Shown piece after piece: positions 27,001-37,135 of a stretch of DNA of 64,000 bases. The position numbers were made by a program, and so were the translations under genes. The notes beneath the pieces were generated by a model. It had not been told where the DNA came from. It saw nothing but the letters and a program-made list of their open reading frames with translations, and did not search any database. Position 1 is the stretch's first letter. Each line of letters opens with the position of its first letter. Origin of the DNA: Microthyrium microscopicum (taxonomy: Eukaryota); the NCBI GenBank assembly GCA_010405405.1, contig MU004232.1, positions 2,437,481-2,501,480 of the forward strand. Reading direction: 5' to 3'.

Positions 27001-28108
27001 GATTTGTGCCTGCTGTCGAACGTTTCGTTGAGGCGGTATTTGGTGCAAACCTTTTGGATACAACTGGAGATCTGGGTGAAGTTGTTCAGCAAGTCTCGGC
27101 TAGAACCCCAATATCTCTCAGCTCCAGTCCTGGATTCGATGCCAGCTATCGTGTCGACAATCTGGTTGAGCGTACAAACGCAACCTGCACCAACATTGCC
27201 ATGGGTTCCAACGAAGGACTTGCCACCGCTGATAAGGCAATTGGTAATGCCGCTGCTACGGGCGCCTGGGTCCTTATCAAGAACGTGCATTTGGCGCCAA
27301 CATGGCTCCAGAGCCTTGAAAAGCGCATCGACTCTCTCAAACCTCATCCTGATTTCCGACTCTTCCTTTGCATGGATGCTAGCCCCAAGATTCCGGTCAA
27401 CCTTCTGCGAGCTTCCAGAATTCTTATGAACGAACAGCCTGCTGGTATTCGAGCTAATATGAAGGACTCGCTATCCTCACTTTCAGCTAAAGCTACGAAA
27501 GCACCTGTGGAGCGCGCTCGAGTATACTTGCTTCTTGCTATGCTTCATGCAGTTGTTCAAGAGCGTCTCAGATATGTGCCGATTGGATGGAAAGGCTTCT
27601 GGGAGTTCAATGACAGCGACGTAAGTTATTCCCCCTACTTCCTAATCAACTCTTACTAATAATATCATAGTATGAATGCTGTAGCTTCATTATTGATGCT
27701 TGGATCGAGTCTTTTGCCGGAGGTCGAACCAACATATCTCCCAAGAATATCCCCTGGGACATGCTACGCATGATGATCACCGAAATGTATGGTGGTAAGA
27801 TTGACGACGAGGGAGATTTCCAAACACTTTCTACCATTGTCGACAACTTCATGACACCCGCCGCTTTTGACGCAGACCACAATGTCCTACAAGGCCTTCA
27901 ATCTGGTCCAAACGCAAGCGAAGCAGTACTTTTGCTTCCAGATGGCACTACATGGAACGACTTCATGGGCTGGGTCCGCAAACTCCCCGAGCGTGAACCA
28001 CCCACCTATCTCGGCCTACCAGGCAACGCCGAAAAACTCCTCCTCGTCGGCCAAGCAAAACAAATGATGGGCAACCTCAGCTTGATCCTAGGAATCATGG
28101 ATCAATAA
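15026..28108 (+). CDS. DYN1: Cytoplasmic dynein heavy chain (about 4326 aa); exons 15026-15317, 15370-27620, 27671-28108
   Basis: Four P-loops ([32 protein letters not shown]), stalk coiled coil, [13 protein letters not shown] linker motif; consistent splice phases; orthologue of nudA/ro-1. Confidence 0.99.
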
Positions 28109-28839
28109 GCCACAAACAGTCAATTCGGCTGATCCACAACCACGTTTTTCTTTTGTCTCTTGTTTCTCATGTTGTATTATGAACATCGCCCAGCATCATA
28201 TTCACTTATCAGATTGATATCATTGGCATTGCGGGAGGAGTTTTCATGTTGTGTTCTTTTATGTTTTTGCTTTGAAAAAATTTGTTCCATGCATGGTCCG
28301 CTGTACAATCAGGTGTATTAGCGGGAAAAGGGGAAATTACTCATGTTATTGCTGTTGTTTGATACCCAAGTTGGAGGCGACAGAACCGCGTTAGATTAGC
28401 CTTCTTACTGCTCTTCTGTACACGTCCTTTCTTTTCTATTCTACTATGTACTTGTAATTTAGAACAATGTGCAATTATTTGCATTTAAAATTTTGTGTTT
28501 CTTGGTTGATTGTGATCTGACTGGGCGGCTTTTGCAGTATATTCTCACCAAAGTAAGTCGCTGGACGACGCTTCAAGGAAAATATACACAAGGATTAATC
28601 ACACATTTGACGTCTTGTCAATAGACTCTTTACATCATTCGGTTGTCACGTCTCATTCGAAACATTGTTTTCGCAACTTAGCAACTGGCCTGCCATCAAA
28701 GCAGAGCTCTAACAAGCCATGAAACAGTAGACGCCAGCAACATTTCCAACAAATACCTCTCTATCCCACTTCTCTCTCCACTTCTTTCGCATTCCTAGAA
28801 TAATGGAGCCATTAAAAACGCAGCACCAAGCATTCCACC

Positions 28840-30148
28840 ATGTTTAGCCTACCCCTATTGACAGCTTGGCTGCTCTCAACATACCCTCTCACAGTTCACG
28901 CCAGCACCTGTCCAACCAAACCAGTCTTACCTCCCTGGCTCTCCTCACCATGGACAGAAAGTGCTGAGATTCTCGAAAACCGCCCATGGACCTACGAGCC
29001 CGAATGCGTCGGCCCATCATGGAAACACGCTGAATTCAAAGACGTACGTTTCTGCGTCTTCACCACGGCACACTTCCACGAAGGCCGCGGTCTCGCCGTC
29101 ATCACCACTCCCGACGCCGCAGACAGCATCTTTCTATCCACCGGCTTCATGGCGCCCGAGTCACGACCCAGACTGCCAGACGTGCCCGCCTGGGAGGAGA
29201 AGAACCTACCCGGCCGCGGCATGGCATTAGTCGCAAACCGAACAATCAAGACCGGCGAGATAATCCTCATGGATCAACCAGTTCTAATCGTCGTCCGCGA
29301 AGCATACCGCCTGCTCACGGAAGTCGATCAGGAGATGTTACAATGGAAAGCGCTACTACGGTTACCAGAGGCTGGAAGGAAGGCGGCGAGAGGACTGGCG
29401 AAGGCGGGATTGGGCGATGAGATTATGGATGTGATGCAGACGAATGGCTTTGCGCAGGCGTATGGTGGTGTTGGCCATGTGCATTTAGTGCCGCAGGGGG
29501 CGCGGATAAATCATGATTGTCGGCCAAAGTGAGTCTTGTGAAGTATTTGTGGGGTGAGCTAATGGAATTGTAAGTGCGTATTATCGGTATGATGAGGATA
29601 TGATGACGCATGTTGTTTGGGCGCTGAGGGATATTGAAGCTGGAGAGGAGATTACGCATTCTTGTAAGAGGTATGTTCGTAGGTGTTGGGACTGTTATGC
29701 TGACCATATGGTAGATATTCACGATCCTGACGTTCCGTCGCAGAAGCGCAAGCAGGTATTGCGCGATACCTGGGCGTTCGAATGCAATTGCTCTATTTGC
29801 GGAGCATCGAAGAATAAAGTTGAAGAGTCAGATCAACGATTGGAGATAATAAGACGGCAGAAAGATCGACTATTTATCAGTGCTGGCGAACAAAAGAAGC
29901 CGAACATGACTGCGAGTATTGAAGAACTTCTGCAGCTGTATGATGATGAAGGTCTCATTTTCCCCAAAATCGAGTTATTTGAGCTTGGAGCCTATGCATA
30001 TGGGCAAATGGGAAAGGAAGAAATGGCTATGAAGTATGCTCATAGAGCGAAGCAATGGTGGAACTGGGCGGTTGGAAGCTCAGGTACGGAAACAGTTAGA
30101 ATAGACAAGTTTCTGAAAGAGCCTGAGAGGCATATTCGGCATAGCTGA
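28840..30148 (+). CDS. SET-domain protein with predicted signal peptide; exons 28840-29528, 29575-29663, 29715-30148
   Basis: GRGMALVA, RINHDCRPN and GEEITHSY (the last two completed by splicing), post-SET FECNCSIC; hydrophobic N-terminus ending in VHA-S. Confidence 0.85.
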
Positions 30149-32009
30149 TTTCAAATCTGTAAACAAATTGCCCATTTTTAATTGACTTTGCTGTGATATC
30201 CGCCAGTGTTTGTAGACTGAAGTCTATATTAGAAGAAATATGTGCTTGATTGAACATAACGTAACAAACCCAGACATATCTCGCGAAAACAGCTTCGACT
30301 GAATGACTATTGACATCATTCATATCACCATGATCAAGATATTTTAGTTCGTGATTGGTTATCAAAGCTCAAGCTCGAAAGTACGGGTCAAATATAGGCA
30401 TTTCAAGTTCGCTGTGGACACAGCGACTTTAGTCGGAGGAGTTCCTTCGTATATTTGAAGTAAAACCTAAACTTGAACGGTCTACCTACTACTGATTGTC
30501 GTAATAGAAGCTGGGAAGTGGTTACACTACATTGGTTCGCTGAGTTTTGTAACGTTGAGAGTCTTATCTAAAGACTTGAGCCTATTTTTGGCCACAATTA
30601 GCTATACTTGCTCACATAACGCACCCAATTATAAGCTGCTCAAACGTCGAAAGCTGTAACTCCTTCTAGGTCACAAAATCGGAAGATCCGTAAATTGGCG
30701 TTATGTCATCCCATCAGATTTCGCGTGTTTTCCAAGCCCATCTTTCTCATGAGCCTCTTTAAGCTCAGACTCTTGTGAGAAAGTTACGAACCAAACCAAA
30801 ACAAAAACATGACTTGATCAACGTCAGCATTGTCGATCAGCGTTTGTATAATAGATTGGAAACCAAGCGTTCATGGCAGAATTAGATAGCCAATGAGCCC
30901 AAAATAGCCCCCAAGCACAGGTTAAGACGTCTGATAAGGCGATCATTTCAGGAATATAAATTATCAAGTCGGGTTCAAGCCCTGAGATTCGGTTCCTCCG
31001 GCCACCATCCACCTGGATTTAGGACGGCGAAGCTTACAGGCATAGCTGTTCCACGGCACTCATTGTGTCATTTTTCTGGCGGCGCAGTTGCAGTGGGATT
31101 GCATGTTGGACAGAATGACCACATATCTGGGCGAAAAGTCGTGCGAATCAGATGGATGGGAGGATTTGAACTGATAACAGTTTGATAGGATTGAGGCCAA
31201 GGAGATACGAGATTGCCCCGCGCTTTGAAAGCTGTTGGGACTGCTTTTGGACTGGAGGGTGGACTGAACCTGGTTTGTTGCGAAGCAGTGATTGTTTGAG
31301 GTGTTGGAGGGACCAACCAGGCGGCTAGGGACAGTTGTGACAGATCCTAATGCAGACAAGTCATTACTACGACATCTGTCATTGTCTGTCGTTGAATCAG
31401 TCGTTTGTCAGTCGGGGTTGATTCAGTTCAAGCAGGGCCCAAAAGAATTTCAAGCCTCAGAAACACCAGTACTTGGGGTTGTGATGAAGAAGAAAACTCT
31501 TCAAGAGACCAAAAGCAACGGAAGTAAGCCAAGTGTCTTTAAGTGTATGTACTTGTCGTTAAGAGTCTAAGCTTCTCTTCTCGCAACGCGACGCCAAGGA
31601 CGTTGTATTGTGGCTTTTGCTGGCTAGACCTGTGAAAGGAATCGAAACGGTCGACGCTATCAGCGCACTTGCAAAGCTCGCATGTTGGCGGCGCGGCCTC
31701 GCAGATCGTGCCAAATCCAATAAGCACGATGTTCCCCAGCACGTTGCTATCTTTCTTTCTTTGACTGAACAAACTGCTCTTTATTCCTTCTGTTTTCATC
31801 CCTAACGTCCAGCCTATTCTTCGTGAGCGGCGTTGTTGACCAATATCAGCCGTATCGCACCCTGTACACCCCTTTCCTGTTCCAGAGCCTGGTCACCAAC
31901 GCCTTTACTGCTTTTGGCCCAGCCTGAGCCTCGTTTTACTTCATTCTTTCTGAGGTAGTATTCGATTATTCTTACCAAATTTCTCAAGGCCTGGGGGAAC
32001 ACGCCCCTT

Positions 32010-32015
32010 TATAAG
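32010..32015 (+). promoter_or_regulatory. Possible TATA box upstream of the GNAT-like gene
   Basis: TATAAG directly before a C/A-rich leader region. Confidence 0.3.
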
Positions 32016-32538
32016 GAGGCCATGGCCGCCTCATCAACAACCCATCACCACCATCACCACCGATCATCTTCCACAAGATCTTCCTCATCGCAATCTTCAA
32101 TCGGCGCATTCACAACTGCCAATCTCTTTAAAACCAACGGCCGATTAGCAACTGTTGGCACCACCGTGGGCGAAAAGATACCAAATTATATTCCAGGATT
32201 CAAGACATCTGCCAGTAAGTTACTCTTCACCAAGCTTTCCTGGTTCCGTTGTAGGACAAAAACCACAAAAAGTCCGACTGCGGGGGATAGTCTGAAGATT
32301 CGTACCACGCGGCCTCACAACCATCGCGTGGTCCAAGACGCGGCTTTTCAGCCTCCAACCCAAGCAAATCTTCTCCACCGCAAATTCACTGACAAATTCT
32401 TCAGCATTTCTCACATCTTTGAGCGCAAACTTACGAATCCCCGACGAAGCTCTCCTCCCATCCCCTATATCCACTCCCGTCTCCCTACGCGCTTGCGACG
32501 CCTACAATCTCCCACCCCCTTCACCCTTTACCTCTGCC

Positions 32539-33367
32539 ATGTCGACGAACGACGACTTTGACTCTGGGACCGGGTCCGCGACGCTTCTTACGCCGTCCAC
32601 TAGCTCACCCGACGAACTCACCAATCCACTAGACGGCATCCCTGACCTCAGCACATACATCGTCACGGAGGAACCTGAGCGCGTTGAAGCACTCAAGCTT
32701 ATCGCCGATAGTGTTGCGCAACAACGACAAACAGCTAGTCGAGTTCTAATATCACATCCCTTTAATCTTGCTGCAGTTGGAATTTTGATGGCAGTGGGCG
32801 GGCAGATACTATACGGTTATAGACGGGATTGGGTGACGCTGTTCTCGACGTTTGTGGGATTTACGATGGCATGTTTGGTTGCCGTGCGGTGGGTCGTGGG
32901 TCCGTATCTGCAGATTGCGGAAGAAGTCAATTGGGACTGGCTGGATGACGATACGATCATTGCGACAAAGTACGGCGATCACATCATCGGCTCGCTGGTG
33001 CTGGGCTGGGAATCGCCCGCTGGAGGAGAGAAAAGCAGTAGGAGTAGGAGAAAGAAGGGTGGAAAAGGGATCATTCGTGGGTGGACGGTTCATTTACGGT
33101 ATCGAGGCAAGGGAGAGGGACGCGCATTATTGGATGAGGCGGCGCAAGTTGTGCATAAGAAGGGAGGAGATGGACTTGAGTTTGAGGAGGACAATATCTG
33201 TGAGTTTGATCTGTCGCGTTTCTTTGAGGGTTGCTAATAAGTGTTTAGATTCACGGAGGGTGCTGCCAAATTTATATAACTCGGCTTTCAACAGACGCGA
33301 TCGCAAGGCGTATATAGCGTTAGATCAGGTTGTCAAAGATCATGGCAATTTCTTGAAACGAAGATAG
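32539..33367 (+). CDS. Membrane-associated GNAT-like acetyltransferase; exons 32539-33199 and 33249-33367; start may lie further upstream
   Basis: Acetyl-CoA-binding-type motif WTVHLRYRGKGEGRALL; two hydrophobic segments after ALKLIADSVAQQRQ; in-phase intron 33200-33248. Confidence 0.75.
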
Positions 33368-33627
33368 ATGAGACACGATTTTACAATTACTACATAATAC
33401 CCCAATGAAAGAAATGTTCGCATAGAGACTGCGACCAATTACCTGACATCGAGTATCTTGAATTGATCAAAGTGGAAGGAGGGGCAAATGGGAGGGATAT
33501 AATGTCTCAACCGAGAGCAAGCTCTAGCTACAGAGCTCCCAAGCTCAGTCCAAACCTCCACAGCTCACAGCTCAAATTATATCGCCATTTCAACCTTTGA
33601 CATCAAACACTGACTCTCGGAAATACC

Positions 33628-34374
33628 ATGTCGCATTCTCACGACCACTACGACGGCGCAGAACCAATAGACCATTCCCATGACCATGATGGCCACGACC
33701 ACAACCACGACGACGACATTACCCCCGCCCTCCAAAACCTCCTCTATGAACAAATCGACTTCAGCGCCGTGACATGCCTCAACGAAGCTACTCCCCGCTC
33801 TGCAGCCAAAATCCTCCAAAAGACGTGGGCACAACGCTTAGAACCCGACCCTGAGCTCGCCAGTGATGCTGACGAGCAACTCCTCCTTCACGTTCCGTAA
33901 AGGACCCAGCATAGTCCAAATGCCCATTGTACTAACGGGACTAGATTCGCTGGCCAAGTCCGTCTACACTCCATCCTAATCCGAACCTCCGCTAGCGATT
34001 CAGCGCCGATGAACTTGAAAATCTTCATCAACCGTGACGATCTCGACTTTTCTACAGCCAACGATCTAGCACCTACGCAAGTTCTATCGATTGCACAGAG
34101 TAATACCGTACAGGAGTACCCAGTGAAGCGCGCACTGTTCAATTCGACCCGAAGTTTGACGCTATTCTTTGAAGACAATTGGAGCCAAGGAGAGGAAGAT
34201 GTGACGAGGGTGAGCTACCTAGGATTCAAAGGCGAATTTATGAAGCTAAACAAAGAGCCGGTTGCGTTTCTATATGAGGCCGCTGCAAATCCAAGAGACC
34301 ATGCGTCGATTATAGGAACGAAATCTGGCGTGGGAAGCCACATTGGAGGAGCAGGCGGACGAGGAGGTTTCTAA
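33628..34374 (+). CDS. PITH (proteasome-interacting thioredoxin) domain protein, PITHD1-like; exons 33628-33896 and 33945-34374
   Basis: His/Asp-rich N-terminus; LYEQIDF, SDADEQLLLHVPFAGQVRLHSI and YEAAANPRDH motifs. Confidence 0.92.
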
Positions 34375-34548
34375 TTTACCGGGGAAGACGAAAGTATCGA
34401 TTCGTAACGGTACAGATATTTCGATCAACATATATTCCAAGGGGGTATTCATCCAAACGTTCAACGGCTCCAAATCGCGCCCAGCTAAGAAGAGAAATCG
34501 TTACAGCCAACAGCCAACACGAACTCGTAACAATGTTCAGATCAATCG

Positions 34549-35625
34549 CTACCCAGAAGCCGTACCGTTTTTAAGCTTTCGGCCAGACTTTCTCATATTC
34601 AGACCAACAGAATCCAACAAGCTTCCAGCCTTGTCCGCGCCATCCTGGACCTTATCATCCATATCATGTTTATCCCACTCAGCCTTGAGATCATCAACAA
34701 CATCACCACCAACACTTGTTCCAGAGATCCAATCAACAGCACCAAAGGCTGCAAAGTTGCCCTTGCCTTTGGTCAGGAAATGCAAATCTGTCCGGCGTGC
34801 CATTCCCTTGACCAAGATCGCGCTTGGTAGCACGGAGTAGCCCGAATACGTCAAGAGCTCTTCCATAGACACAATGGCTTCGATGACCATGAACGGCAAC
34901 AAATGCGTTCTAAAGAAGATTGCGGGAACATATAGCGGGATCCAATGGTGCAGTAAATACGGCAGCGGGTGATCGTATGCCGCGACCAGCGAGAAGGGTG
35001 ATGCGACGCTATGTTGCCAGCTCTTGTGTAGTTTAGCCACCGGGCTGCGTCCCTCATGCAGCACGAATCGATGAATAAGATATTGTAGAACCTAAAAACC
35101 ATAAACATTAGTCTCTCTCTCTCTCTCAAAAACAGCAAGATCTTGATTTAAACTTACACCACGATTAAACAATCCCCAAAAAATACTCTGCACCGCCTTC
35201 CACGGCATCGGCAACTGTTTACTGACACTCAACAACGTCCGCCATCTCAAAACCTTCGTACTCAACACTTCCAGCCCCACCAACAATCCAACTCCCAACA
35301 ACGTATTGAACACACTAACAACCACCACCTTTCCAATCCGTCGTCGCGCACTAAACGTCGGTAGAGCATATTTTCCCTGCGCCTTGATTTGTACCGCGAC
35401 GCTCGGTATACCCGTGTCAAACGCCAGGAAAATCAGGGCCGGGATTAGGAAGAATAGGAGACGCATTATCAAAATGCCATAGAGCTCGACGACGAGCGGT
35501 GGGTGCGTGAGGAGTAGGATGTACCAGTTTAGAGTGAAGAAGAGGAGGTTGAGAGATGTTGTGTAGGAGCTGAACAGCGGGACGGCCATCATTGTGGTTA
35601 GTGGGAGGGATATGAAGGCGCCCAT
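34549..35625 (-). CDS. Sterol desaturase / fatty-acid hydroxylase superfamily membrane protein; exons 35625-35158 and 35091-34549
   Basis: Several TM segments; YLIHRFVLH, LHKSWQH, AAYDHP, YSGY and GNFAAFGAVDWISGT; phase-0 intron 35092-35157. Confidence 0.8.
35112..35127. repeat. (TC)8 microsatellite in the desaturase-like gene intron
   Basis: TCTCTCTCTCTCTCTC read directly. Confidence 0.9.
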
Positions 35626-36510
35626 TGTTGCGGTTGTATTGGAGATGCTGGAGTTGGTGGTTGTGAGATGCGATGCGATGGTGGTGAGTGAGCAGGAAGA
35701 GAGAGGTTGTCTCGCGCTTCGGGTGTAGGCTTTACAGCCAGCCTTGTCGTTTTGGTCGCGACGCGCAAGGAAGTTGGGTGACGTCAGTGGTTAGATTGAT
35801 GGGTGCCTTGCGCGCAAGGCAGCAAGTCAGGCGTCAATGTTTGATGTTTTTGCAACTTCATGGATCGATCTAGGGGTGCGTTCTTCACTGCGCTCGAATA
35901 GCTTGATACTGAAGAAATTGCGGATGGTAATCACAAGAAGGCGAAGATGAAATAGAATAGAGAGAAGGTAAGTATCGATCGTCGGAGGCGACGTCAAAAA
36001 TATTCTAACAGTCTTGCTGAATGCTGACCTGGGGTCTTGTTCACAAGCCAAGTTCACTTGAACTACCTGAATATAGAAAATATATCTCTCTTATGAACAG
36101 AATGAGGTATCATGACCTAGTACCTGATATAGAAACTAATTCAGAGCGAGGTGAAGTCAAACAACCTCAGCCTTATAACGAGCCGGATAAGCGCGTGGAC
36201 TAGCACACAGAAACGCGGAAGCTCCCGGAGGCTGGGCATGTGCAACCTCCTCCAGTAACAATGAGCCTACTTTACTTAGTAATACTCAGCCCTCCTAGCG
36301 CCTTTTCAAAAGCGGAAGCATGATGTCAGCTTTCCCCAAACCGCTCCATCCCCGTATTTTTCTCGCCGCCCGTAACTCACTAGCCGCCGCCTCCAACTTC
36401 ATCTTCATCATCCCACCAGGCACATCACCAACCCAACTCACCACTTGAACATTTACAACTCACCACATCCCAAACTAACATACACAAACAAACACCACCA
36501 ACAATCCACC

Positions 36511-36867
36511 ATGGCATCCCGAATCGCCTACGTCCTTCTCGTCATCCTCTCCCTAATCCTACTCGCCAGCGCCGTCAAACTGCCGCAAAAGTCCGTCGTC
36601 ATATCCTTCCCCAAAGACACACCAGGCCACATCCTCGACCAGGCAAAAGAAGCCATCACCCAGGCGGGCGGATTCATAACCCACGAGTACAAGATCTTCA
36701 AGTAAGGCACACATCATCCGCGCTAGAAACAAAGAGTGTGGACACTAACAAAGAATATTAGGGGATTCGCAGCCACGGCACCAGTCAAGGCTTTTGATGC
36801 GGTCAAGGCGCTTTCCGCGCAGTATTTGCCCGTCATCGAGGAGGACCAGATTATTACAGCTCAGTAG
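36511..36867 (+). CDS. Small secreted subtilisin-propeptide-like (I9) protease inhibitor, 98 aa; exons 36511-36701 and 36762-36867
   Basis: Signal peptide; spliced GGFITHEYKIFK-GFAA and IEEDQII motifs typical of the I9 family. Confidence 0.85.
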
Positions 36868-37135
36868 TAGAGACGTGGGTGGCATGGCGTAATGAATTGC
36901 ATTGTACATATATGGCGCATGGGAAGGCATAGAGATAATGGGTGAACGGTTTTATTTGGGATGTTGAGTCGTGAGACGACTTTGACGTATGTCACGATAG
37001 ATTGATGGGGGATGAGGCACCTATAGGAAATGGACCTAGACACATAATGATAAACGTTTTTCATGATGCGTTATTATTTATAGGCTACGTAGCAGTATTG
37101 CACAAAATATTGGCTTTTCAGCCTGGGGTATCTAT

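Noticed and set aside
27671..28108. Dynein heavy chain shorter than the animal protein
   Set aside because: A reduced C-terminal region and a length of about 4300 aa are normal for ascomycete dynein
30969..30985. tRNA T-arm-like hairpin TCGGG-TTCAAGC-CCTGA
   Set aside because: No matching acceptor stem, D-arm or anticodon arm upstream
30150..32000. Short ORFs in the 1.9-kb intergenic region
   Set aside because: No coding signature, coherent splice model or recognisable motif
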